Assembly (NCBI RefSeq): GCF_001644705.1
Contig: NZ_CP015137.1
Span: 1,890,001-1,922,000, forward strand
Direction of reading: 5' to 3'
DNA length: 32,000 nucleotides
From: Dickeya solani IPO 2222
GTDB lineage: Bacteria; Pseudomonadota; Gammaproteobacteria; Enterobacterales; Enterobacteriaceae
The position numbers and the translations under genes are program-made. The notes under the pieces are model-generated. The model was not told where the DNA came from, did not search any database, and saw nothing but the letters and a program-made list of their open reading frames with translations. Shown one piece after another: positions 19,392-27,091 of this stretch (positions are counted from its first letter, which is position 1; every line of letters starts with the position of its first letter).

Positions 19392-20669
19392 TTATATTAA
19401 ATATCTAGAAACATGAGCTTCAAATGTTGGATTTCCTGATGTTGCATCACTTGTGGCAATAGAAACATAACCATCATTAACGATTACAACATCAGCATAA
19501 TTCTGCGAGATAAGTCCATTTGCTATAGTATAGGCTGTCATCTGCTGTCCAGATAAAACATTTTCACCACCACAAATTGTCATAGATAATAATCCAGAAG
19601 CAGTGCTACTTTGTCGAACATACCCACTTATAAGTTTAGTATTTAATGGAACAACACTACTAATAGAAACATTAAAATTTGTTGTGATTTTTAAAGTAGA
19701 ATATATTCTCTTGGGTGATATATATACGCATCGTCCTCGAACAGATAATAAGGTAAACTTACCCGCCTTGACCGGCACAACCGTCAATAATGCCGATGCT
19801 GTATATCCACCCGGCATATTGGTTCCGTTATAAATTTCCGGCAACTTGACCGAGGTGGCGTTAACCGCGAGCAAGCCAGACGCCATCGTCGCCGGATTAT
19901 AAATGGCATAAATCCCGACAAAACCTTCATCAGGGACCGTTCCGGTATCCATTCCCCCAACGCCAGTTTTTGTCAGATCGATCGTCTTTTCGAATAAACC
20001 AATTCGATACTGGCTGCCTCCCAAAGACGTCCCAACAATGATTTCATCGGCAACAAACCTGGCATTAGAAGAAGCGGAGGGGATATTCATCGTGGCATTT
20101 CTCGTCATGCCAATGACACCGGAGAATGAGCTCCTTACGCCCAAATTATCTATAAACTGAGCTTTATCGGCAATATCCGTGCCATTTTGAGCTTTAGCCA
20201 GAGCCATGTTATCTACATACTGCCGGCTAGCCAGCACCACCGCCGGGTCGATTTTCAGCGACACCGCATCAGTCTGACCGACCGCCAGAATCATGCGTAC
20301 CGTCTGCACGCGGCTGGAGCCTTCCTGCATCTGCGGTTTATAGGTTTCGGGACAGTTGGCCACCGCCACCAGATTGTCATCGGCGTCATACAAACCGATT
20401 TCACGCAGCCAGAATCCACCTTCGTGATCCGGGATCACCTGCTCGGCAATAATCTGATTGGCGTTGGCCGGGTCGATGTTCAATGAATTGATCGGCGCGC
20501 GCCGTTTCTCGTTAATCAGTTTGGTCTGTGTCGCATCTGGCGTCGGCAGCGTGCCACCAGCGTCTCCCACCCCCATTTGGGTAATTTCCAGCTGTTTTCC
20601 CAGCGCAATCGCATTCGCCAGCCTGGCTGCCCCCACCTGGGTAAGCAGAGCGATATATTTTGTGCTCAT
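19392..20669 (-). CDS. Tail fibre 3: paralogue of fibre 2 with a divergent C-terminal tip
   Basis: 425 aa from MSTKYIALLTQVGAARLANAIALGKQLEITQMGVGDAGG. It is colinear with fibre 2 and diverges sharply after ..VPVKAGKFT. Confidence 0.85.
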   Translation of the reverse strand: MSTKYIALLTQVGAARLANAIALGKQLEITQMGVGDAGGTLPTPDATQTKLINEKRRAPINSLNIDPANANQIIAEQVIPDHEGGFWLREIGLYDADDNLVAVANCPETYKPQMQEGSSRVQTVRMILAVGQTDAVSLKIDPAVVLASRQYVDNMALAKAQNGTDIADKAQFIDNLGVRSSFSGVIGMTRNATMNIPSASSNARFVADEIIVGTSLGGSQYRIGLFEKTIDLTKTGVGGMDTGTVPDEGFVGIYAIYNPATMASGLLAVNATSVKLPEIYNGTNMPGGYTASALLTVVPVKAGKFTLLSVRGRCVYISPKRIYSTLKITTNFNVSISSVVPLNTKLISGYVRQSSTASGLLSMTICGGENVLSGQQMTAYTIANGLISQNYADVVIVNDGYVSIATSDATSGNPTFEAHVSRYLI

Positions 20670-20865
20670 AACGTGTCTCATCAGAATTAGCGATAAAGGG
20701 ACCCATGCAAGGGTATGGAACAGATTCCGCCACGCCTGTCGATACACGCTTTTCCTAGCGATTTCAGCCCGTTGTGGCAGTGGAGGACATTATGCTGACG
20801 GGCCAGCAAAAACGCGCGTCATGGGGGTTGGCACAGTCATGGCACAACAGCGCGAAGAAAAGGCA
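19741..20865 (-). repeat. Direct repeat copy 2: fibre 3 body, leader and promoter element D
   Basis: Near-identical to 16765-17898. Confidence 0.85.
20748..20850 (-). promoter_or_regulatory. Conserved element D: candidate Ogr-type late promoter for fibre 3
   Basis: It has CATAAT (complement of 20789-20794) and a TGT-N12-CCA dyad at 20829-20846. It lies immediately downstream of the cpxP terminator. Confidence 0.4.
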
Positions 20866-20880
20866 CCACAGAATGCGGGC

Positions 20881-20907
20881 AAAAAAAAGCCCTCCATCAA
20901 GGAGGGC
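20881..20907 (-). terminator. Rho-independent terminator of cpxP
   Basis: On the minus strand, GCCCTCC-TTGAT-GGAGGGC is followed by TTTTTTTT. Confidence 0.88.
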
Positions 20908-21015
20908 GAAAGACAGGGATGGTGTCTATGGCAAGGAAAACAGGTTACTTCTCTACACACTACTCTCAGCACTACTCTCACTACTCGGAAAAACACGCAT
21001 TACTCGGTACTATCA
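20881..21015 (-). ncRNA. cpxQ: cpxP 3'UTR, candidate CpxQ-like 3'UTR-derived sRNA
   Basis: Position only: a 135-nt stretch between the cpxP stop and its terminator. In E. coli and Salmonella, CpxQ is processed from this part of the cpxP mRNA. The sequence here is repeat-rich and I cannot align it from memory. Confidence 0.35.
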
Positions 21016-21594
21016 TTACTCAGTACTATCATCCTGCCCCTGACGGGACAGTTCCAAATTCTGGCTACGTGATCCGGATGCCGACATCTGCTGCCGTACG
21101 CTCTGCATCACCTGTTCATGCTTCTGGTTCAGAATCGATTTCTGCTCCGGCGTCAGCATGTTGTACATCTGGTTGCTCACCCGAGCGATTTCCACCTGGC
21201 GAGCAATCTGCGCCTGAACCATTCTGGCGACCTGCGCCTGCACCGCCGGGGCGTCGAATTTTTCCGCCGTCACCAGTCGATGCATAATTTCCACATCGTT
21301 CGCATCATAGACGGGCTGCTCATGGCGGACTTGCCGCATCAGGTCACGCATTTGCTGACGCTGATGTTCCGTCAACTTCACACCGTCAAACATGCCTTGC
21401 TGACTCTCTTCGCGTTTCATGGCAGAGTCATCGCGATAGCAGCGCCCCAACTCGGGGGCTTTGTTTTCGGTCGATAAATTGCTTTCGGTCGATAAATTAT
21501 TTTCGTCGGAGAAATTGTTTTCGGCTGCCATCACGGCGCCGGTTACCAACATCAGCAGTGAAGCAAAAGATAACGTGATGATGGTGCCCCGCAT
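21016..21594 (-). CDS. cpxP: Periplasmic Cpx-pathway inhibitor/adaptor CpxP
   Basis: The core [27 protein letters not shown]...[11 protein letters not shown]...IARQVE.A.V.NQMYN.LTPEQ matches E. coli CpxP. The start is placed at ATG 21594, 6 nt after AAGGAG; the ORF track begins at GTG 21615. A signal peptide is present. Confidence 0.9.
   Translation of the reverse strand: MRGTIITLSFASLLMLVTGAVMAAENNFSDENNLSTESNLSTENKAPELGRCYRDDSAMKREESQQGMFDGVKLTEHQRQQMRDLMRQVRHEQPVYDANDVEIMHRLVTAEKFDAPAVQAQVARMVQAQIARQVEIARVSNQMYNMLTPEQKSILNQKHEQVMQSVRQQMSASGSRSQNLELSRQGQDDSTE
21461..21532 (-). repeat. 18-bp tandem repeat (about 3.5 units) inside cpxP, encoding hexapeptide repeats
   Basis: The plus-strand units are TTGTTTTCGGTCGATAAA, TTGCTTTCGGTCGATAAA, TTATTTTCGTCGGAGAAA and TTGTTTTCGGCTGCCATC. 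They encode [21 protein letters not shown] just after the signal peptide. Confidence 0.85.
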
Positions 21595-21735
21595 CAATGA
21601 CTCCTTTGTGTTCACATACTGTATTCACATACTGTACTCACGTACGTCTTGTGTTTGCGTACGGTGTGACGTGTACTGTTTGGCGAATCGATGGACTTAG
21701 TCTAATTGCCTTGCTGCAAACATGCGTCAGACGAT

Positions 21736-21750
21736 GTAAAACTACGTAAA
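21736..21750. promoter_or_regulatory. CpxR box in the cpxP-cpxR divergent promoter region
   Basis: GTAAA-ACTAC-GTAAA is a perfect match to the CpxR-P consensus GTAAA-N5-GTAAA. It lies between the divergent cpxP and cpxRA genes. Confidence 0.65.
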
Positions 21751-21804
21751 GTCATGGAATAGCGGCGATCTATGACGTATTTTGCCCGTGGAGGTAGGTA
21801 AATC

Positions 21805-22503
21805 ATGAATAAAATCCTGTTGGTTGATGACGATCGCGAGCTGACATCCCTGTTGCGGGAATTGCTCGAAATGGAAGGCTTTAACGTCGTTGTCGCCCAT
21901 GACGGCGAACAGGCGTTAAGCGTGCTGGATGACTCGGTTGACCTGTTATTGCTGGATATCATGATGCCGAAGAAAAACGGCATCGATACACTCAAGGAAG
22001 TGCGTCAGCGCTACCAGACGCCGGTAATCATGCTTACCGCCCGCGGCAGCGAGCTGGACCGCGTGCTCGGCCTGGAGTTGGGCGCGGACGACTATCTGCC
22101 TAAACCCTTCAACGATCGCGAGCTGGTTGCCCGCATCCGCGCTATTCTGCGCCGCTCCAACTGGACCGATCAACAGCAGGCGGGCGAAGCCAGCGCGCCG
22201 ACCATCGAGGTGGATGCGCTGCGGCTCAATCCGGGCCGTCAGGAAGCCAGCTTCGACAATGAAGTGCTGGATCTGACCGGCACCGAATTCACGCTGCTCT
22301 ACCTGCTGGCGCAGCGTCTGGGTCAGGTGGTGTCACGCGAACATCTCAGTCAGGAAGTGTTGGGCAAGCGCCTCACACCGTTCGATCGCGCCATCGATAT
22401 GCACATTTCCAACCTGCGGCGCAAATTGCCCGAACGCAAGGATGGGCTGCCCTGGTTTAAAACCCTGCGCGGTAGAGGCTATCTGATGGTTTCCACCGCA
22501 TGA
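21805..22503 (+). CDS. cpxR: Envelope-stress response regulator CpxR (OmpR family)
   Basis: 232 aa starting MNKILLVDDDRELTSLLRELLEMEGFNV, with full-length similarity to E. coli CpxR. Confidence 0.98.
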   Translation: MNKILLVDDDRELTSLLRELLEMEGFNVVVAHDGEQALSVLDDSVDLLLLDIMMPKKNGIDTLKEVRQRYQTPVIMLTARGSELDRVLGLELGADDYLPKPFNDRELVARIRAILRRSNWTDQQQAGEASAPTIEVDALRLNPGRQEASFDNEVLDLTGTEFTLLYLLAQRLGQVVSREHLSQEVLGKRLTPFDRAIDMHISNLRRKLPERKDGLPWFKTLRGRGYLMVSTA

Positions 22504-22519
22504 TTCGGGTTGCCATTGT

Positions 22520-23893
22520 ATGATCAACAGTCTTACTGCCCGAATCTTCGCCATTTTCTGGCTGACGCTGGCACTGGTGCTGATGCTGGTGCTGATGTTG
22601 CCCAAGCTGGACTCCCGGCAGCTCACGCCCTTGCTGGAAAACGAACAACGGCAGGGGCTGATGCTGGAGCAGCACATTGAAGCCGAGCTGGCGAGCGATC
22701 CGGCCAACGATTTATTATGGTGGCGACGTCTGTTTCGCGTCATCGAAAAATGGGCGCCGCCCGGCCAACGCCTGCTGCTGGTCACCAGCGAGGGGCGTGT
22801 GATTGGCGCCCAGCGCAATGAAATGCAGATGGTGCGCAACTTCATCGGCCAGTCCGACAGCGCCGATTTCCCGCAAAAGAAAAAATACGGTCGACTGGAA
22901 TTGCTGGGGCCGTTTTCCGTGCGCGACGGCGAGGACAGCTACCTGATGTACATGCTGCGCCCGGCCAGCAGCCCGCAATCCGATTTTATTAACCTGCTGT
23001 TCGACCGCCCACTGTTGCTGCTGATCGTCACCATGCTCACCAGCTCGCCGCTGTTGCTGTGGCTGGCCTGGAGTCTGGCGAAACCGGCGCGTAAGCTGAA
23101 AAACGCCGCCGACGAAGTGGCGCGCGGAAACCTGAAACAGCATCCGGAATTGGAATCCGGCCCGCAGGAATTCCGGGCGACCGGCTCCAGCTTTAACCAG
23201 ATGGTGAGCGCGCTGGAGCGGATGGTGACGGCGCAGCAGCGCCTGTTATCCGACATATCCCATGAGCTGCGCACCCCGCTAACCCGTCTGCAACTGGCGA
23301 CCGCGCTATTACGCCGTCGTCAGGGCGAAGGCAACGAACTGAACCGTATCGAAACCGAAACCCAGCGGCTCGACGGCATGATCAACGACCTGCTGGTGCT
23401 GTCGCGTAACCAGCACAAGAATGAACTGTTGCGGGAAGAGTTGCAGGCGGATGAACTGTGGAATGATGTGCTGGACGACGCCCGCTTTGAAGCCGAGCAG
23501 ATGGGTAAAACACTGGAGGTGTTGTCTCCTCCGGGTCCCTGGCCGCTGTTCGGCAACCCGACCGCGCTCGACAGTGCGCTGGAAAACGTAGTGCGCAATG
23601 CGCTGCGTTATTCGCACAGTCGCATCGCCGTGTCATTCTCGGTCGATGCGCAAGGCGTCACCATTGTCGTTGGCGACGATGGCCCCGGTGTCAGCCCGGA
23701 GGATCGGGAGCAGATTTTCCGGCCGTTCTACCGCACGGATGAAGCACGCGATCGCGAATCCGGCGGCACCGGTCTGGGGCTGGCGATCGTCGAAACCGCG
23801 ATTTCCCAGCATCGCGGCTGGGCCAAAGCCGATGAAAGCCCGCTGGGCGGTTTGCAGCTCACGCTCTGGCTGCCGCTCTATCAGCACAGATAA
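22520..23893 (+). CDS. cpxA: Envelope-stress sensor histidine kinase CpxA
   Basis: 457 aa starting MINSLTARIFAIFWLTLALVLMLVLMLPKLDSRQ, with H-box SHELRTPLTRL and G-box GGTGLGLAIV. It is nearly colinear with E. coli CpxA. Confidence 0.98.
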   Translation: MINSLTARIFAIFWLTLALVLMLVLMLPKLDSRQLTPLLENEQRQGLMLEQHIEAELASDPANDLLWWRRLFRVIEKWAPPGQRLLLVTSEGRVIGAQRNEMQMVRNFIGQSDSADFPQKKKYGRLELLGPFSVRDGEDSYLMYMLRPASSPQSDFINLLFDRPLLLLIVTMLTSSPLLLWLAWSLAKPARKLKNAADEVARGNLKQHPELESGPQEFRATGSSFNQMVSALERMVTAQQRLLSDISHELRTPLTRLQLATALLRRRQGEGNELNRIETETQRLDGMINDLLVLSRNQHKNELLREELQADELWNDVLDDARFEAEQMGKTLEVLSPPGPWPLFGNPTALDSALENVVRNALRYSHSRIAVSFSVDAQGVTIVVGDDGPGVSPEDREQIFRPFYRTDEARDRESGGTGLGLAIVETAISQHRGWAKADESPLGGLQLTLWLPLYQHR

Positions 23894-24129
23894 CCTGACT
23901 TTTCGGGCGCGGACACCCGCGCCCGCCATCACATCCATGCCGTCAACCGATTGAGTTTTTCCCCCGCTCGGGTAGAGTGAGAGCCTGTGCCGCCGGGCGA
24001 ATGGCCGCGAGAGATCGCACGCACAACCCCGCCGGCAAAAGAAATTATCCCTTCAGTCATGCATGAGCCCGCACATGCCTGATGGAATAAGTTCTTGATG
24101 TTGCCTGACACCCTGCACAGGAAAAGGAC

Positions 24130-26331
24130 ATGAAAGGATTAGCCTTACTGGCTGGAATCATCGCTACGCTGGTACAGATGCCGGCATACGCTTCCGGCGA
24201 TGGCGTATGCGGTTTTTCCGATGCCGATTGCGGTATGCCCGCGCTTCCCTATCTCCTGCCGGATAACGACACCCGCACCAATCTGGTGCTGCTGCAGAGC
24301 AGCCGTAATCGTATTCCGCTGCCGATCCCGCAGCCGGAGCCGGATCAAACCAGTTCCCGCGTAGACCCGTTTACCGCTTACCGCGTGATGGGACTGGCTG
24401 CCACCGAAGACAATAGCGATAGCGCGGAAACCAACGCGCCAGCCGACCCCAACGCCCCCTCGGACGACAAAGCCGACGCAGAGAATGCCTCGCTGCTGCA
24501 AAAAGCCACCCAGCTGCATTTTCCGGATGCCGAGCTGAGCAAGCTGCGCGACCTGACGCCGGTTGATCTGGACGGACGCTGGGTTTCCAACGATCTCACC
24601 ACGCTGGAGAGCTTTTTCGATCTGCTACTGGCGGACAAGGAACTGAACGATGCCCAGCGCACCCAACTGGCGCTGGTGCGAATGAGAATGCTGTCCAGCG
24701 AATACGGCGCCGACAACGCCAATACCGATCTGTCCAGCATACCGGACGTCGGCCACGCCGGTGAGCTGCGCCGCTACCTCGCCAACGCAGTGACATTTTA
24801 TGAAGGACAGTTGGAACAAGCGGACAAAGGCTTCCAGCAGTTGTTGCCAGCCAGCCAGCCGTGGGTAGCGGAAACGGCCCGTTATATGCTGATTAGGGTA
24901 TCGATTAATCTGGCGATGAAAGACGCGCTGGACGAATACAACATGTTCGATCCCCGCAAGATAGACAAGGCCGCCGGGAAACAGGCGGTTCAGCGTATCG
25001 ATGAGTACCTGAAACAGTATCCGCGGGGGAAATACGCCGACTCGGCCGAGGGCCTGTACCGCCGGGCCGAGTGGATCAGCGGCGACACCGTCGCGCTGGC
25101 TGGTCGTTTTAGCCAGGTACTGGCGTCCGCCAAAAGCGTGGATCAGTTGCAGGCCATCAGCAATGAAATCGACAACAAGCTGCTGGAAGACAACCAGTTT
25201 GTGACCTCGGCCGATACGCCGGTCCTGATGCTGGTGCAGGACATCAAACGCTTGCGCAGCCCTGACGGCTGGATGACGCTGCCCGCCTTGACGCAGGAGG
25301 AAATCACCCGTCAGCAACCGCTGTTTGAAAAAGCGGGTATGCAGGAAGAGTTTCACTATCTGCAGGCGGCGTTTCAGTATTATCAGCAGCGGGACTACGC
25401 CTCGGTACTGAAAACCTTGCCGATGACCACTGCGGAAGATATCACCGGCGTCACCGTCTTCAGCAGCCAGGTGCTGCGTGGGCTGGCGATGCAGCGGCAG
25501 AAACAGTGGGACGACGCGGAGGCGCACTGGCGCCATCTGCTGATGTTGAAAACCACCGATACCCAGCAACAGTTCCTGCAACTGATGCTGGCGCAAACTC
25601 TGGTGGACAGCGGCCAGCCGGGACGGGTATTCACGCCGGAAAGCCCGGTCAAAAACCTTCGTTTTCGCTCCGCCATCCTGAAAGTCAGCGCCGATGCCGA
25701 GCTGCTGCACCGGCAGACCGGCCCCCAGCAAACACATGAAGAACGTGCCATCGCCCTGCACACGCTGTTGACCAAGCAGCTGACACATCGCGATTACGCC
25801 GGTTTTCTCAAAGACAGCGAGCTGCTGAAAACCATCGCGCCGCTGAAAAGCACCGAGAACATGAGCTGGAACGAGGAAGACCTGACCGTATTCGGCTGGG
25901 ACGGCAGCGACACCGAGGAGGGGTACGAATGCCCAACCCTGCAGGAAACAGTCACCACCCTGAGCCAGAACGCCAATGACGCCCACGCCCTCAACTGTCT
26001 GGGCGAGTTCTTCCTGCGCACCGGCAACGGCGTCGGATTCGACTGGGGCGAAAGCAACATGCTCAACGGCCTGACGGACGCCGCCGCCCAGTATCCGGGC
26101 CAGGAATTCAATCGTCTGAACAACTACATGCAAGTGATCGCCGACGCGAAAGCTGCGCCGGAAGACAAGAGTTACGCGCTCTACCGCGCCATCTACTGTT
26201 ATGCGCCAAGCGGTTACAACGACTGCGGGTCGCAGGATATCAGCAAGGAAACGCGCAAGGCGTGGTTCCGGCAGCTTAAAACGGACTTTAAAGGCAGCCA
26301 ATGGGCGCGACAGCTCAAATACTATTGGTAG
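24130..26331 (+). CDS. Large secreted protein of unknown function (733 aa)
   Basis: Long ORF in the only sensible frame. It has an N-terminal signal peptide (..LVQMPAYA-SG), an acidic/proline-rich low-complexity region, helical TPR-like stretches (YPRGKYADSAEGLYRRAEW) and a Cys-containing C-terminus ending YYW. GGAAAAGGA precedes the ATG. Confidence 0.8.
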   Translation: MKGLALLAGIIATLVQMPAYASGDGVCGFSDADCGMPALPYLLPDNDTRTNLVLLQSSRNRIPLPIPQPEPDQTSSRVDPFTAYRVMGLAATEDNSDSAETNAPADPNAPSDDKADAENASLLQKATQLHFPDAELSKLRDLTPVDLDGRWVSNDLTTLESFFDLLLADKELNDAQRTQLALVRMRMLSSEYGADNANTDLSSIPDVGHAGELRRYLANAVTFYEGQLEQADKGFQQLLPASQPWVAETARYMLIRVSINLAMKDALDEYNMFDPRKIDKAAGKQAVQRIDEYLKQYPRGKYADSAEGLYRRAEWISGDTVALAGRFSQVLASAKSVDQLQAISNEIDNKLLEDNQFVTSADTPVLMLVQDIKRLRSPDGWMTLPALTQEEITRQQPLFEKAGMQEEFHYLQAAFQYYQQRDYASVLKTLPMTTAEDITGVTVFSSQVLRGLAMQRQKQWDDAEAHWRHLLMLKTTDTQQQFLQLMLAQTLVDSGQPGRVFTPESPVKNLRFRSAILKVSADAELLHRQTGPQQTHEERAIALHTLLTKQLTHRDYAGFLKDSELLKTIAPLKSTENMSWNEEDLTVFGWDGSDTEEGYECPTLQETVTTLSQNANDAHALNCLGEFFLRTGNGVGFDWGESNMLNGLTDAAAQYPGQEFNRLNNYMQVIADAKAAPEDKSYALYRAIYCYAPSGYNDCGSQDISKETRKAWFRQLKTDFKGSQWARQLKYYW

Positions 26332-27074
26332 TCCGTTGTACCGTTGTGCTGACGAGTCTGCTGTGCCTGAGTGTTACGGCGCACAGCGCCACCGTTGACG
26401 CCGCCCGCTATCAGGCCTTCTGGCTGTGGGCGGCGGTTCAGCCGCAACCGGTGTTGTCTCAGGCCGACACGCTTTACCTGCATCAGGGGGAAATCGCCCG
26501 CCGCGACGGCAAGGCCGTGTTTCTGCGTCAGGGGATCCCAGCCAGCGCATTGCCGGTCAGACACCTATGGTTGTCGTTTCGGGTGTCCGAACTGCGCCTC
26601 GGCGAACCGGAACTGCGGCGTCTGCTGCAACTGCGGCAGCGTTGGGCCGCCGCCGGCAACCGGGTCGACGGCATCCAGATCGATTTCGACGCCAAAAGCC
26701 ATCATCTGTCGCACTATGTCGCCTTTCTGCAAACGCTCCGCCAGCGGTTGCCGCCCGACTGTCGCCTGAGCGTCACCGGGCTGTTGGACTGGGCCAAAAC
26801 CGGCGATGTCCGGCAACTCAACCGTCTGAACGGGGTGGTGGATGAACTGGTGGTGCAGACCTATCAGGGACGGCGCACGGTGGAAAATTACGCCGCGTAT
26901 CTGCCGGCGCTGATGAACCTGAAGCTGCCGTTCCGTCTCGGGCTGGTGCAACACGGTAAATGGGATGAACAGTGGCAGCGGCGGCTGGCGGCGTCGCCGT
27001 TCTACCGGGGCGAGGTGGTGTTCCTGCTCAACCCGATACCGGCACGCCGCTCCCCCATCCTGCAACAGCGTTGA
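26301..27074 (+). CDS. Secreted hypothetical protein (possibly DUF3142 family; unverified)
   Basis: 257-aa ORF overlapping the end of the 733-aa gene. The start may instead be TTG 26325, giving the signal peptide VVRCTVVLTSLLCLSVTAHSA. The internal motif VDGIQIDFDAKS is reminiscent of TIM-barrel glycosidase-like families. Confidence 0.7.
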   Translation: MGATAQILLVVRCTVVLTSLLCLSVTAHSATVDAARYQAFWLWAAVQPQPVLSQADTLYLHQGEIARRDGKAVFLRQGIPASALPVRHLWLSFRVSELRLGEPELRRLLQLRQRWAAAGNRVDGIQIDFDAKSHHLSHYVAFLQTLRQRLPPDCRLSVTGLLDWAKTGDVRQLNRLNGVVDELVVQTYQGRRTVENYAAYLPALMNLKLPFRLGLVQHGKWDEQWQRRLAASPFYRGEVVFLLNPIPARRSPILQQR

Positions 27075-27091
27075 TATCGCGCGCCGGGCGG

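Noticed and set aside
16416-20669. Diversity-generating retroelement (template/variable repeat) as the explanation for the divergent fibre tips.
   Set aside because: No reverse transcriptase gene is present in the window. The two tips differ at all base types and at about half their residues, rather than showing adenine-specific substitutions against a template repeat.
14960-20850. Invertible tail-fibre segment or shufflon (Gin/Cin/Pin-type).
   Set aside because: All fibre genes and all four conserved elements are in direct orientation. Each gene is complete with its own N-terminus. No invertase or recombinase gene is present; the only recombinase is the IS3 transposase.
23905-23924. GC-rich hairpin GGGCGCGG-ACAC-CCGCGCCC after cpxA as a rho-independent terminator.
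   Set aside because: No U-tract follows on the plus strand. It may still be a stabilising stem or a rho-dependent site, but it does not meet intrinsic-terminator criteria.
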